Below are positions 1-8,063 of a DNA stretch of 64,000 nucleotides, in pieces. The DNA is from a candidate division TM6 bacterium GW2011_GWF2_37_49 (GTDB lineage Bacteria; Babelota; Babeliae; Babelales; RVW-14). Numbering within the stretch: position 1 is the first letter of the stretch; each line of letters begins with the position of its first letter. Below the pieces are notes generated by a model. It ran no database searches and was not told where the DNA came from. It was given only the letters and a program-made list of their open reading frames with translations. The stretch spans positions 2,653-66,652 of the forward strand of contig CAMATL010000005.1 of the NCBI GenBank assembly GCA_945861145.1, written 5' to 3'. The translations under genes were made by a program, and so were the position numbers.

Positions 1-477
1 CTCATTGCGAATCGGAGAGGTTGGATCTTCTTTTCGTTCTGATGCATTTTTAAGAGCCAAAAGAGCTGCTTGATTTGCAGGATCATGTTCAAGTATTTTG
101 CTTGCAACAGAGACAGCCTCTTCTACACTTACAGCTCCCCATGGATAATCGAAAAGAAAAAGTAATCCTCCATCATCAGTCGGATCACGCGGCTGCACTA
201 ATTCATACATCACTCGCGCATGATGTGCTGCAACGGCATAAGCCCCCTCTAGATAATTAATGCCACAATCCGCTATAACAAATGCAAGTCGGAGAAAAAA
301 TTCTTTTTCTTGCGTTGCAAGCAAAAACTCAACAAAGGCGTAAGAACAAAAATTGCTATCGTCATAAGCTAAAAGAAACAAAGACTCATCAATTTGCTTT
401 TCAGTAAGATTGAGTATTTGTTCGCAGGCAGCAGAAAAATCGCCACTCCTGACAGCTTGAATAAATTGCTCAGACAT
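1..477 (-). CDS. Putative immunity protein (runs off the window edge), paralog of 2532..3479
   Basis: Not in the ORF track. Manual translation from ATG at 477 gives MSEQFIQAVRSGDFSAACEQILNLTEKQIDESLFLLAYDDSNFCSYAF...YLEGAYAVAAHHARV...EDPTSPIRNE, which aligns along its length with 2532..3479. It lies directly downstream of the toxin gene. Confidence 0.8.
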   Translation of the reverse strand, partial: MSEQFIQAVRSGDFSAACEQILNLTEKQIDESLFLLAYDDSNFCSYAFVEFLLATQEKEFFLRLAFVIADCGINYLEGAYAVAAHHARVMYELVQPRDPTDDGGLLFLFDYPWGAVSVEEAVSVASKILEHDPANQAALLALKNASERKEDPTSPIRNE

Positions 478-500
478 AATTTCAATCTCCACAATAGATT

Positions 501-1415
501 TTACTTTACCCATGCATTACTAATCGTTTCGATACCATTAATTAATCTATATTGAACCTCAACAATGCGATTACAGTAACTCGCTGCTTTAATAAAAACA
601 TCAGAGGTTTTACTATCAGGTCTAGATGCACCCGCTGTCATAACCGTTGTAATTATCTTTACAACCTCATCCCAATTGTTTTTTGGATCTGGAACTAATT
701 CAGGCCATTTGTGTTTATCCTGCAAAATATGATGCTTTTTATTTGGGTCAGATAAAGAATCCTTAAAACACTTCTCTAAGTCCCGCACCGCCTGCGCTTG
801 ATTGATTGCTATCCCTGCTGTACCTATGGCAATGGCTCCGACAGAAACTACCGCCTCAGCAAATGCCCATGACCCTAAAGCAAACAAACTATCAAAGACA
901 AGCTTTACCCCTATCGCAATAGGAACAACATTGTGAGTAAGAAATTGAAATTTCGTTATAAAAAACGTATGCGGCGCCTCCGTTGAAATGTCGTAAACAA
1001 TACACATTTCTTCATTTGCATTACACCGCATCACTTCACGACACGGTACATGATTGCCCTTGCTATCAAGAAAATGGCTTGTAAGTGCAAAGTCAGACGC
1101 TAAAACCCACTGTTGCTCTTCTGGATCAAAGAAGTACTGATCAGGGGCTGCCACAATAACTTCTTCTCTTGTTGTCGTGAGGACCACCGCACTGCTGCTT
1201 GACCGGCTAGAAATAGCCGTTACTCGCGACTGCACAATTTTTTGTGCCGATAGATCAAAGCCAAGAATTTCATCCCCAACCTGAAAATCCTCAACACTCT
1301 TTTCGTCTAGCGCAGTCGCAATTACCGTTCCCTTAACAACAGATGGGGTAAGTTGATTTGTAGACAGTAAAAACACGGCAACGAAAATCATTACAAAGTG
1401 AGAAAATATCTTCAC
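501..1415 (-). CDS. Secreted polymorphic toxin: signal peptide + Hint domain + Ntox35-like predicted RNase tip
   Basis: Hydrophobic N-terminus; Hint-like SVVKGT...EDFQVGDEIL...VYDISTEAPHTFF...LTHN; C-terminal HHILQDKHKW...VEVQY...ISNAWVK resembles Ntox35 (His plus KH motif). Confidence 0.75.
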   Translation of the reverse strand: MKIFSHFVMIFVAVFLLSTNQLTPSVVKGTVIATALDEKSVEDFQVGDEILGFDLSAQKIVQSRVTAISSRSSSSAVVLTTTREEVIVAAPDQYFFDPEEQQWVLASDFALTSHFLDSKGNHVPCREVMRCNANEEMCIVYDISTEAPHTFFITKFQFLTHNVVPIAIGVKLVFDSLFALGSWAFAEAVVSVGAIAIGTAGIAINQAQAVRDLEKCFKDSLSDPNKKHHILQDKHKWPELVPDPKNNWDEVVKIITTVMTAGASRPDSKTSDVFIKAASYCNRIVEVQYRLINGIETISNAWVK

Positions 1416-1435
1416 GCTTCACCATTTTTCTTCAC

Positions 1436-2287
1436 GCACATTCAACATTGAAGTGCATAGAAAGTTATGAAAACGCGCCAGGTGAGGGTACAATGATTCT
1501 TCGTTCAATCGAAAAGAATGAAGTGATCAATCATGCCATAAGACTACCCTCACCTGACACAGGCACAAAGATGCCAAATTTATGGGCTCAAGGGAAGTAA
1601 AATCACGCAACAAAAAATTGCCGCTGAGCTTGATGTAAATCAAGCAACAATAAGCAGAGAATTGAAGAGAAACTCTGGCAAGCGGGGTTATCGTTACAAG
1701 CAAGCTAACGAGAAGGCTGAGCAGAGAAAGTATCCATCAAGAGGTGCGTGTTGCAAGATGACACCTGAAAATACTAGCCAAATAGAGAAAATGCTTTGAG
1801 AAGATCAGCTGCCTCCTGAGCAGATTATTGACCGACTGGAGCTGATTGGCACTATGCAAATAAGCCATGAGAGGATCTAACTGCCCATCTGGAGAGACAA
1901 GCGCGCTGGTGGATCTTTATATAAGCATCTACGCCGGAGTGGTAAAAAGTACAACAAGCGTTCAGGAAGGCTGGCCGGTCGCGGCCTTATCCCTAATCGT
2001 GTTGATATAGGGCTCCGGCCAGTTGAGGTAGCTGCAAAAACGCCCGTGGGTGACTTCGAAGGTGATACTATAATTTGCAAAGAGCATCGTGGTGGTATTA
2101 TGACCATGGTTGATCGTGTAACTAAGGTTGCCCTGATACACAATCTTTCAAGCACCAAGGCAGACTAAACTGCTGCTTCCATAATCAAGCGCATGCTTCC
2201 AATTAAGGAATTGGTGTTTACAATCACAACGAATAACGGCAAAGAACTTGCAAAACATGAATCTGTTGCTGAGAGCCTCAAGGCAAG
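1436..2287 (+). mobile_element. Decayed, 3'-truncated IS30-family element
   Basis: Frame from ATG 1533 reads YPHLTQAQRCQIY..IAAELDVNQATISRELKRN..ISHERI..FEGDTI..VDRVTK..TNNGKEL, with four in-frame stops (1539, 1797, 1878, 2166). Probable left IR near 1436-1460 (TTCAACATTGAAGTGCA). Confidence 0.85.
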
Positions 2288-2290
2288 TAA

Positions 2291-2518
2291 AATAAGAATA
2301 ATTGGTCAAAGCTTGTGCCAGATCCAAATAACAATAATAACTGGGATAAAATTGTTGAAATCATAGCAACGGTTATGGCACAAGGGGCACATGGACCATA
2401 TAAAAACAGTAAAGAGGTTATGGTTGCCACAGAAACAGTGAGTGGGCATGTTGTTGAGGTGACGTACAAAATTATTGACGGTGTTAAGACTATTAGTAAC
2501 GCTTGGGTAAAGCCTTAG
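2291..2518 (+). pseudogene. Orphan toxin C-terminal fragment (Ntox35-like)
   Basis: NKNNWSKLVPDPNNNNNWDKIVEIIATVM...VEVTYKIIDGVKTISNAWVKP is clearly homologous to the C-terminus of 501..1415; the N-terminal part is lost at the IS30 junction. Confidence 0.8.
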
Positions 2519-2531
2519 ATTAAGGATAAAG

Positions 2532-3479
2532 ATGAACTCTGAGTTGTTTGTTAAAACCGTTAAGATTGGTGCTTTTGATGAAGCACAAAAACAAATGTCT
2601 AATTTTAGTGATCAGAAGATAAGGGACACTTTATATCTTATTGCTAGTCATGATAGCAATATTTGTTCATATGCATTTGCTTTATTTTTAATTTCTACAG
2701 AGAAGTCCGTTCTATTTCATGGATTTGCCAGCTTGATAACTGAAATGGGAATATGCTATCTGAAAGGCGCTTATGAAGCGTCGGCCTATCATGCAAGGGT
2801 GATCTTTGAGTTATCTCGATTAAATGATCCGACAAACGATGGAGGTATATTTTGTCTTTGCGGTTATCCAGAAAGGCCTATTAGAGCAGAAGAGGCGTTT
2901 GCAGTTGCTCATGAAATTCTTGTACATGACCCAAATAATAAGTTTGCTTTGGAGGTTATTAACGAATCGGCTGAATGGGTAGAAGATCCTTTGGTCCCTC
3001 CTCGTAATGAGTCTGAGCAATTGGAGCAGTACATCATTGCCGGTAAATTTACTCAAGCTAAGGAACTACTTTCTGCTGTGAGTACGCGAGAATTGTATGC
3101 AATGCTGCTGTGCCTGGGTTGCGAAGAGCGTAACTTATGCGCCTATGCATTCACCTGGTACCTCATGCAAGAGAAAGAAGAAGCGGAGTTGCACTACCTT
3201 GCCTATCGGATTGTAACGCTTGCGTATCCTAGAAATATGAACGGCTGTGATGCTGTTGGCTTATTTCATCTTAGGCGAGCGATGGCTCTTGATCATGAGA
3301 ATGAAAAGTACGTAGAGCATTTTTTAATGCTTCATACGCCTGCAATGGGACCTACTCCATTGATTAGTGATGATGAAGCAGAAAAAATAGCGAAACAATC
3401 GATTGAAAGAGATAACTGCAATATGGTAGCGACCAATCTTTTGAAAAAACTTGGCAGGCATGATTCAAAATATGACTAA
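2532..3479 (+). CDS. Putative immunity protein with internal tandem duplication
   Basis: Follows the toxin tip, with an AAGGA RBS. Two ~145-aa halves: SNICSYAF..GAYEASAYHAR..EEAFAVAHEIL..DPNN and RNLCAYAF..GCDAVGLFHLR..DEAEKIAKQSI..DNCN. Confidence 0.75.
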   Translation: MNSELFVKTVKIGAFDEAQKQMSNFSDQKIRDTLYLIASHDSNICSYAFALFLISTEKSVLFHGFASLITEMGICYLKGAYEASAYHARVIFELSRLNDPTNDGGIFCLCGYPERPIRAEEAFAVAHEILVHDPNNKFALEVINESAEWVEDPLVPPRNESEQLEQYIIAGKFTQAKELLSAVSTRELYAMLLCLGCEERNLCAYAFTWYLMQEKEEAELHYLAYRIVTLAYPRNMNGCDAVGLFHLRRAMALDHENEKYVEHFLMLHTPAMGPTPLISDDEAEKIAKQSIERDNCNMVATNLLKKLGRHDSKYD

Positions 3480-3728
3480 ATGGTAAAGCCACCTTTGAAT
3501 CATCTATTAAATCTTGATCTAGCAGTTGTCACCGAAAAGATTTCTAAAAAAATCCTTAATGTTGGTACGTACAGTACGGATATTAAAAATCTGAATGAAG
3601 CGACTCCGGAGCAAGAAGAGGCCGAAAAGCGGCAGAAAGAGGAAGCCGCGAAAAAAGAGCATGAGAGGGAAAAGCAAAAAGAAGCGGGGCAGGGAAAAAA
3701 AGGAGAAGAAAGAGAAAGAGGAACTTGA
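3480..3728 (+). CDS. Small, highly charged hypothetical protein (possibly a fragment)
   Basis: Abuts the stop of the immunity gene; E/K-rich tail. Confidence 0.35.
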   Translation: MVKPPLNHLLNLDLAVVTEKISKKILNVGTYSTDIKNLNEATPEQEEAEKRQKEEAAKKEHEREKQKEAGQGKKGEERERGT

Positions 3729-3817
3729 GTAATCTAAAAATGACCTTGATTTACGGACCATGCGACAGCGCACAAGATACAGACCAAATCACAAAGCCAT
3801 ATTTTCAACCATAAACA

Positions 3818-4177
3818 CTAAGCATCTAGCATCATTTGTAGATTACGCACAAATCCTTGAGTCTTCTTTCCAAGCACCCCAAAAAATTGCGCATCAACCG
3901 CTTCAACATCTTTCATCGCTTTTTTAAGCTTCGCAAGACCAGATAATGTAACTTGTGGGTATTTTGCTCCTTCATCACCCTCTTTTTGGATGCGCTGAAT
4001 CAATCCCTTTTTCTCAAGACCTCGCAGAACTTGCGAGGTCATCGTTACATCACAGCATGTAAATTTTGCCAAACTTTGTTGAGTGACAAGAGCACCGCTT
4101 TTAGCAAGATAACCAAGCCCTGCCAGCAAAACAAATTGCATATGCGTAATCTCGTGACCGTCAAATAGGGTTACTTT
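3818..4177 (-). pseudogene. MarR-family regulator, N-terminally truncated
   Basis: ITHMQFVLLAGL..TQQSLAK..DVTMTSQVLRGLEKKGLIQR winged-HTH signature; the frame is closed by a stop at 4178-4180, so the usual first helix is missing. Confidence 0.6.
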
Positions 4178-4182
4178 TCAGC

Positions 4183-5283
4183 TTATTTCGTCCTAAAAAG
4201 ATCCTTAAAGTCCCCTCGCACATTCTGCTTGCGCTGACCAATTACTTTTTCAGCCCCAGCGATCACATGGCGAGCACACACGGTATCACTACGTTCACGC
4301 ACTGCCCAGATAGCCATCTCATTAACCATATTTTTAAAATCTGCAGCACACAGGCCTTCGCTGCCATTTGCAATCTGTTCATATAACTCGTCAGTTATAT
4401 CTTGGCCCAAGAGGGGTAATTTTTGTACATAATGACGCAAGAGCTTTGTGCGAGCAACTTCATCAGGCAGCGGCACATGAATAAGGCGATCAAATCTACC
4501 AGAACGCTTAACAGCAGGATCAAGCGAACCTGCGTTATTTGTAGCAGCAATCACCATCACCGAATCATCGGTAGAAAAACCATCAAGCTCTGTCAGTAGC
4601 TGATTAATAGTCTGTTTATATTCTTGATCTCCGCCCCCGCCTGTAAGCGCCGAACGATCTACACCGGCAACCGCATCAAACTCATCAATAAACAAAATTG
4701 ACGGGCGACGCGCTCGCGCTTCAGCAAAAAGCTGCCGTACGCGTGCAGCACCCGTACCAACATACATCTCAATAAATGACGAGCCGCTGGCGTGTACAAA
4801 GCTACAATTTGCTTCGTTAGCTATTGCTTTGGCAATCATTGTTTTACCGTTACCAGGAGGACCTTCCAGCAAAATGCCTCGCGGCATACGTGCACCAAGC
4901 CGACGATATACTTCTGAAAATCGTAGATAGTCAACGATCTCTGTAACTTCAAAAAGCACTGCTTCAATACCCACAATATCTTTAAAATAAACCCGACTAG
5001 GATCTTGTGGTTGCTGCTTTTGATTTCCTGGCGAGCGCGTTGGTGCGTTATCCCAACCACCTCCATTATTCCCCCCACCGTCGCGCTGCTGCGGAGGCAA
5101 AGAATTATTATCCCGCCCTTCCTCAAAAGATTCAGCCGCCTGCATTAATGGGTTTCCCGCAGGCAAAACAAGCTGTCGCGCAGACTTATTCATCTTATTC
5201 AATAAATTAAAGAGCTGGAAAGCGTGTATGTGAGTTACCCCAACTCCAAGAAATGTAAAAACAAGTAGTTTCCCTATCTTCAC
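4183..5283 (-). CDS. FtsH-like AAA+ ATPase lacking the M41 protease domain, with signal peptide
   Basis: Walker A GPPGNGKT, pore loop FIEMYVG, Walker B ILFIDEFD, SRH LDPAVKRSGRFDR; ends after the AAA lid with no HEXXH. Confidence 0.85.
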   Translation of the reverse strand: MKIGKLLVFTFLGVGVTHIHAFQLFNLLNKMNKSARQLVLPAGNPLMQAAESFEEGRDNNSLPPQQRDGGGNNGGGWDNAPTRSPGNQKQQPQDPSRVYFKDIVGIEAVLFEVTEIVDYLRFSEVYRRLGARMPRGILLEGPPGNGKTMIAKAIANEANCSFVHASGSSFIEMYVGTGAARVRQLFAEARARRPSILFIDEFDAVAGVDRSALTGGGGDQEYKQTINQLLTELDGFSTDDSVMVIAATNNAGSLDPAVKRSGRFDRLIHVPLPDEVARTKLLRHYVQKLPLLGQDITDELYEQIANGSEGLCAADFKNMVNEMAIWAVRERSDTVCARHVIAGAEKVIGQRKQNVRGDFKDLFRTK

Positions 5284-5469
5284 CGCAACTCCTCCAGAAT
5301 TCTTTACTGATCACTTAAGTGTTATGTCATTTTGAACTAGTATCTCCAGCAAGGTTTGACAATAAAATCTATAATTTTAGAATGGAAGTTATTCTTTTTG
5401 CCCGATCAAATAAGGCATTTGCTTACTTTTACCATAAAAGGTGTGACTTAAAAAATAAAGGCTTACGTT

Positions 5470-6069
5470 ATGTTGAAGGTATTTGGGTATATTTTAGCTA
5501 CTTGCGCATTGTTTTTTTTAAATGGATGCATTTATTACACGCCCCGTGCATTACGCTCACAAGTTTATGGCGCAAAGGTAGAAAACAAATTAGTAAAAGT
5601 TACAGCGAAAGAGCTAAATAAGACCGATTTGGATTTTTATTTCAAACAAAACTTGAATAGTAATCGTATTCATGCAGTACAAGTAAATATATTCAATCAA
5701 ACAGCTACCCCCCTCACCCTAGACGGTAATAGCATTGATTTGGAACTTGAAAATCTAGAAGCCGTGGCAAAATTACTTCATTACAATACCATTGGTCGCG
5801 TTATTTTATGGTGCATTCCAGCTCCTTTTTGGTGGTATACCCTCTACGGCGCAGCTGCTGACGGCGTTAACTGTGTAATGCAAAACAAACGTATTAACGA
5901 AGATATTGAACAGAAAATTTTAACAAACAACAGCAAGTTAACAATCAGGCCACATGCGAGCGTTAATAAAGTTATGTTTATTCGTGAGTCAAATTATTAC
6001 AATAATTTTACACTTAGCTTCATAAGAAAAGACTCCAAAGAAGTAATAGACCTCTCTATAAATGTTTAA
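5470..6069 (+). CDS. Hypothetical lipoprotein
   Basis: Lipobox-like FLNGC after a hydrophobic stretch. Confidence 0.65.
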   Translation: MLKVFGYILATCALFFLNGCIYYTPRALRSQVYGAKVENKLVKVTAKELNKTDLDFYFKQNLNSNRIHAVQVNIFNQTATPLTLDGNSIDLELENLEAVAKLLHYNTIGRVILWCIPAPFWWYTLYGAAADGVNCVMQNKRINEDIEQKILTNNSKLTIRPHASVNKVMFIRESNYYNNFTLSFIRKDSKEVIDLSINV

Positions 6070-6079
6070 AGTGTAAAAT

Positions 6080-6871
6080 ATGACCAAAAAACACAGTACT
6101 CGTCTTACGATTTTATTTATTAGTATTTGCATGATTATGTTCCTGGGTGGATGTAGCCGCAAATACCGTCCCCCTGTTTTACCCTATGCGCCCACCATTG
6201 AAAAAATTGCTGACAATGATGTTGCTATTATTAAGCAGGGCTCTTTAATGGATCAGGATGTTGAAAAGATTCTCTGCGGCGCTCCCACAACTATGCGTAC
6301 TACCACAGTCCTGATTGAGAATAAAACAAACAAACCTCTTATTGTAGAAATTGATCGTAGCAACCTAAGTATTTACGACACGGAAGATTTAGCGCATATC
6401 TGCAGCAAAGAAGCTCTTTTGAATTCATCTAAAAATAAATATGCCTTCGGATACAGCGCCGCACGCAATGTTATACAAATATCCACAGGCATCGCGGCTC
6501 TTGCATGGGCAGGCTTTGTAAATGCCAGATGGCAACCCTATGCAGGAGATGCACTTGCTAGACTAGGTTGGACGTGGGTGCCCGCCATAGCTATATTTGC
6601 ATTAGGCTCGTACATTAACCATAACGTTTCTGCGAGCCAAACTGACGGACTAGAAAGCGAAGAAGAGTTGTTTTTTGAACAATTTAGGCAAATGTTTGAA
6701 CGCACAACACTCTCTTTTGATGATTGCGTAGAAATAGCGCCTCATAAATCAATCAAACAAATCATATTTTTCGATGCAGAGCCAACAGAGGGTGCTAGCG
6801 GCGGACAACGCAAACTTGTGCTTCGCCTCACCAGTGATACACTGCAAACTCTCGTTCCATTAGAGCTCTAA
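6080..6871 (+). CDS. Hypothetical lipoprotein, distant paralog of 5470..6069
   Basis: Lipobox FLGGC; shares IxNxTxxPL and I(R/A)PHxSxxxxxF motifs with the upstream gene. Confidence 0.65.
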   Translation: MTKKHSTRLTILFISICMIMFLGGCSRKYRPPVLPYAPTIEKIADNDVAIIKQGSLMDQDVEKILCGAPTTMRTTTVLIENKTNKPLIVEIDRSNLSIYDTEDLAHICSKEALLNSSKNKYAFGYSAARNVIQISTGIAALAWAGFVNARWQPYAGDALARLGWTWVPAIAIFALGSYINHNVSASQTDGLESEEELFFEQFRQMFERTTLSFDDCVEIAPHKSIKQIIFFDAEPTEGASGGQRKLVLRLTSDTLQTLVPLEL

Positions 6872-6894
6872 CGATTCAAGCAAAAGGATAATCA

Positions 6895-7524
6895 GTGATA
6901 GACATAATCAAAGGAACAATCTACGAAGTTCAAGACAAAATGGTTGGTATTTTGGTTGGTGGATTTGGTCTTAAAATAGCCACGCCCCGCGGTAGCGAAT
7001 GGATTATTGATCAACAAGTAACACTCTACGCCTACCTTCATTGGAACGCTGAGCAAGGACCATCACTGTTCGGATTCCCAACAGCTTTTGAACGCACTGT
7101 CTTTTTGCTGATTATTGATTGCCCTAAGATTGGTCCCGGCATCGCTCTTAATGTTTTACACCAACTCAGACCAGGACAATTTCTTGAAATTGTTACCAGT
7201 CAAAATGAAAAAGGCCTCAGCAGTGTCAATGGTATTGGCGCTAAAAAAGCCGAACAAATTATTGTTGAACTAAAGCACAAGGTGGCAAAATTAACGAGCA
7301 ACGGCCTTCTTGTGGCCCCACAAGAAGCTCAAGAAAATTTTATGCATTGGCAACAAGTAAGCGAGGTCTTATCATCACTTAATTACTCGAAACAAGAAGT
7401 ACAGAAAGTCCTACAACTCTTAACTAAGAAATATGCTGACCAAACGGTGGCGTTAGATCAGCTCATACGAGCGGCTCTCGCGCTTCTTTCTACTGTTAAC
7501 CCTGCACACATTGACCGCGCATGA
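6895..7524 (+). CDS. ruvA: Holliday junction branch migration protein RuvA
   Basis: LFGF..ERTVF..PKIGPGIAL, VNGIGAKKAEQIIVELKHK, LSSLNYS. Confidence 0.93.
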   Translation: MIDIIKGTIYEVQDKMVGILVGGFGLKIATPRGSEWIIDQQVTLYAYLHWNAEQGPSLFGFPTAFERTVFLLIIDCPKIGPGIALNVLHQLRPGQFLEIVTSQNEKGLSSVNGIGAKKAEQIIVELKHKVAKLTSNGLLVAPQEAQENFMHWQQVSEVLSSLNYSKQEVQKVLQLLTKKYADQTVALDQLIRAALALLSTVNPAHIDRA

Positions 7525-8051
7525 GCAGACGCGGCGGGTATACGCTGATCGAAGTCAGTATTACCCTAGCCGCCTTGCTTATTATGACCGCCTTCTGCGT
7601 AAACCTTGTCTTAAATTCTGCAAAAACAACGCTAACTGACGCACTACACTTGTTACAGGTTGAATTTATGTGCCTCCAACAACAAGCAATTGCGTGCAAT
7701 ACGGCTTACCAAGTAAATTTTTTACCAGAACGTAACGCCTACCAAATTATTCAGGGTGAAAAAAAAATCCTTCATCAATTACCAAAAACAGTTACTTTTG
7801 GCTTTATTTCAGGGATTAAAGGCCCTCCAGGCAAGCCAATAAATCCTATCAAGCAACCAATAAGATTCGAAAACCCCTACCCCCTGGCTGCAATTATTCA
7901 ACCACATGGTAGAATAAGCAGTGGAACCGTATACTTAAAGCACAGCTCCGGATCAATAATGGGGGCTCTAACAATTACACCACATCAAATTGCTCATGTG
8001 CGGGTATACCTCCTTGAAAATAAAAAAACGTGGAAACTGCTGGCGATGTAG
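7521..8051 (+). CDS. Prepilin-type N-terminal cleavage protein (GspH/FimT/ComG-like minor pilin)
   Basis: G|YTLIEV followed by a hydrophobic helix; GRISSGTVYL motif. Confidence 0.75.
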   Translation: MSRRGGYTLIEVSITLAALLIMTAFCVNLVLNSAKTTLTDALHLLQVEFMCLQQQAIACNTAYQVNFLPERNAYQIIQGEKKILHQLPKTVTFGFISGIKGPPGKPINPIKQPIRFENPYPLAAIIQPHGRISSGTVYLKHSSGSIMGALTITPHQIAHVRVYLLENKKTWKLLAM

Positions 8052-8063
8052 GGATTTTTGTTC

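Noticed and set aside
75-260. 61-aa + strand ORF
   Set aside because: Antisense shadow of the immunity gene at 1..477
1877-2158. 93-aa minus-strand ORF
   Set aside because: Antisense to the IS30 transposase pseudogene
3519-3773. Phe/Leu-rich 84-aa ORF resembling a membrane peptide
   Set aside because: Reverse complement of a purine-rich E/K-coding stretch
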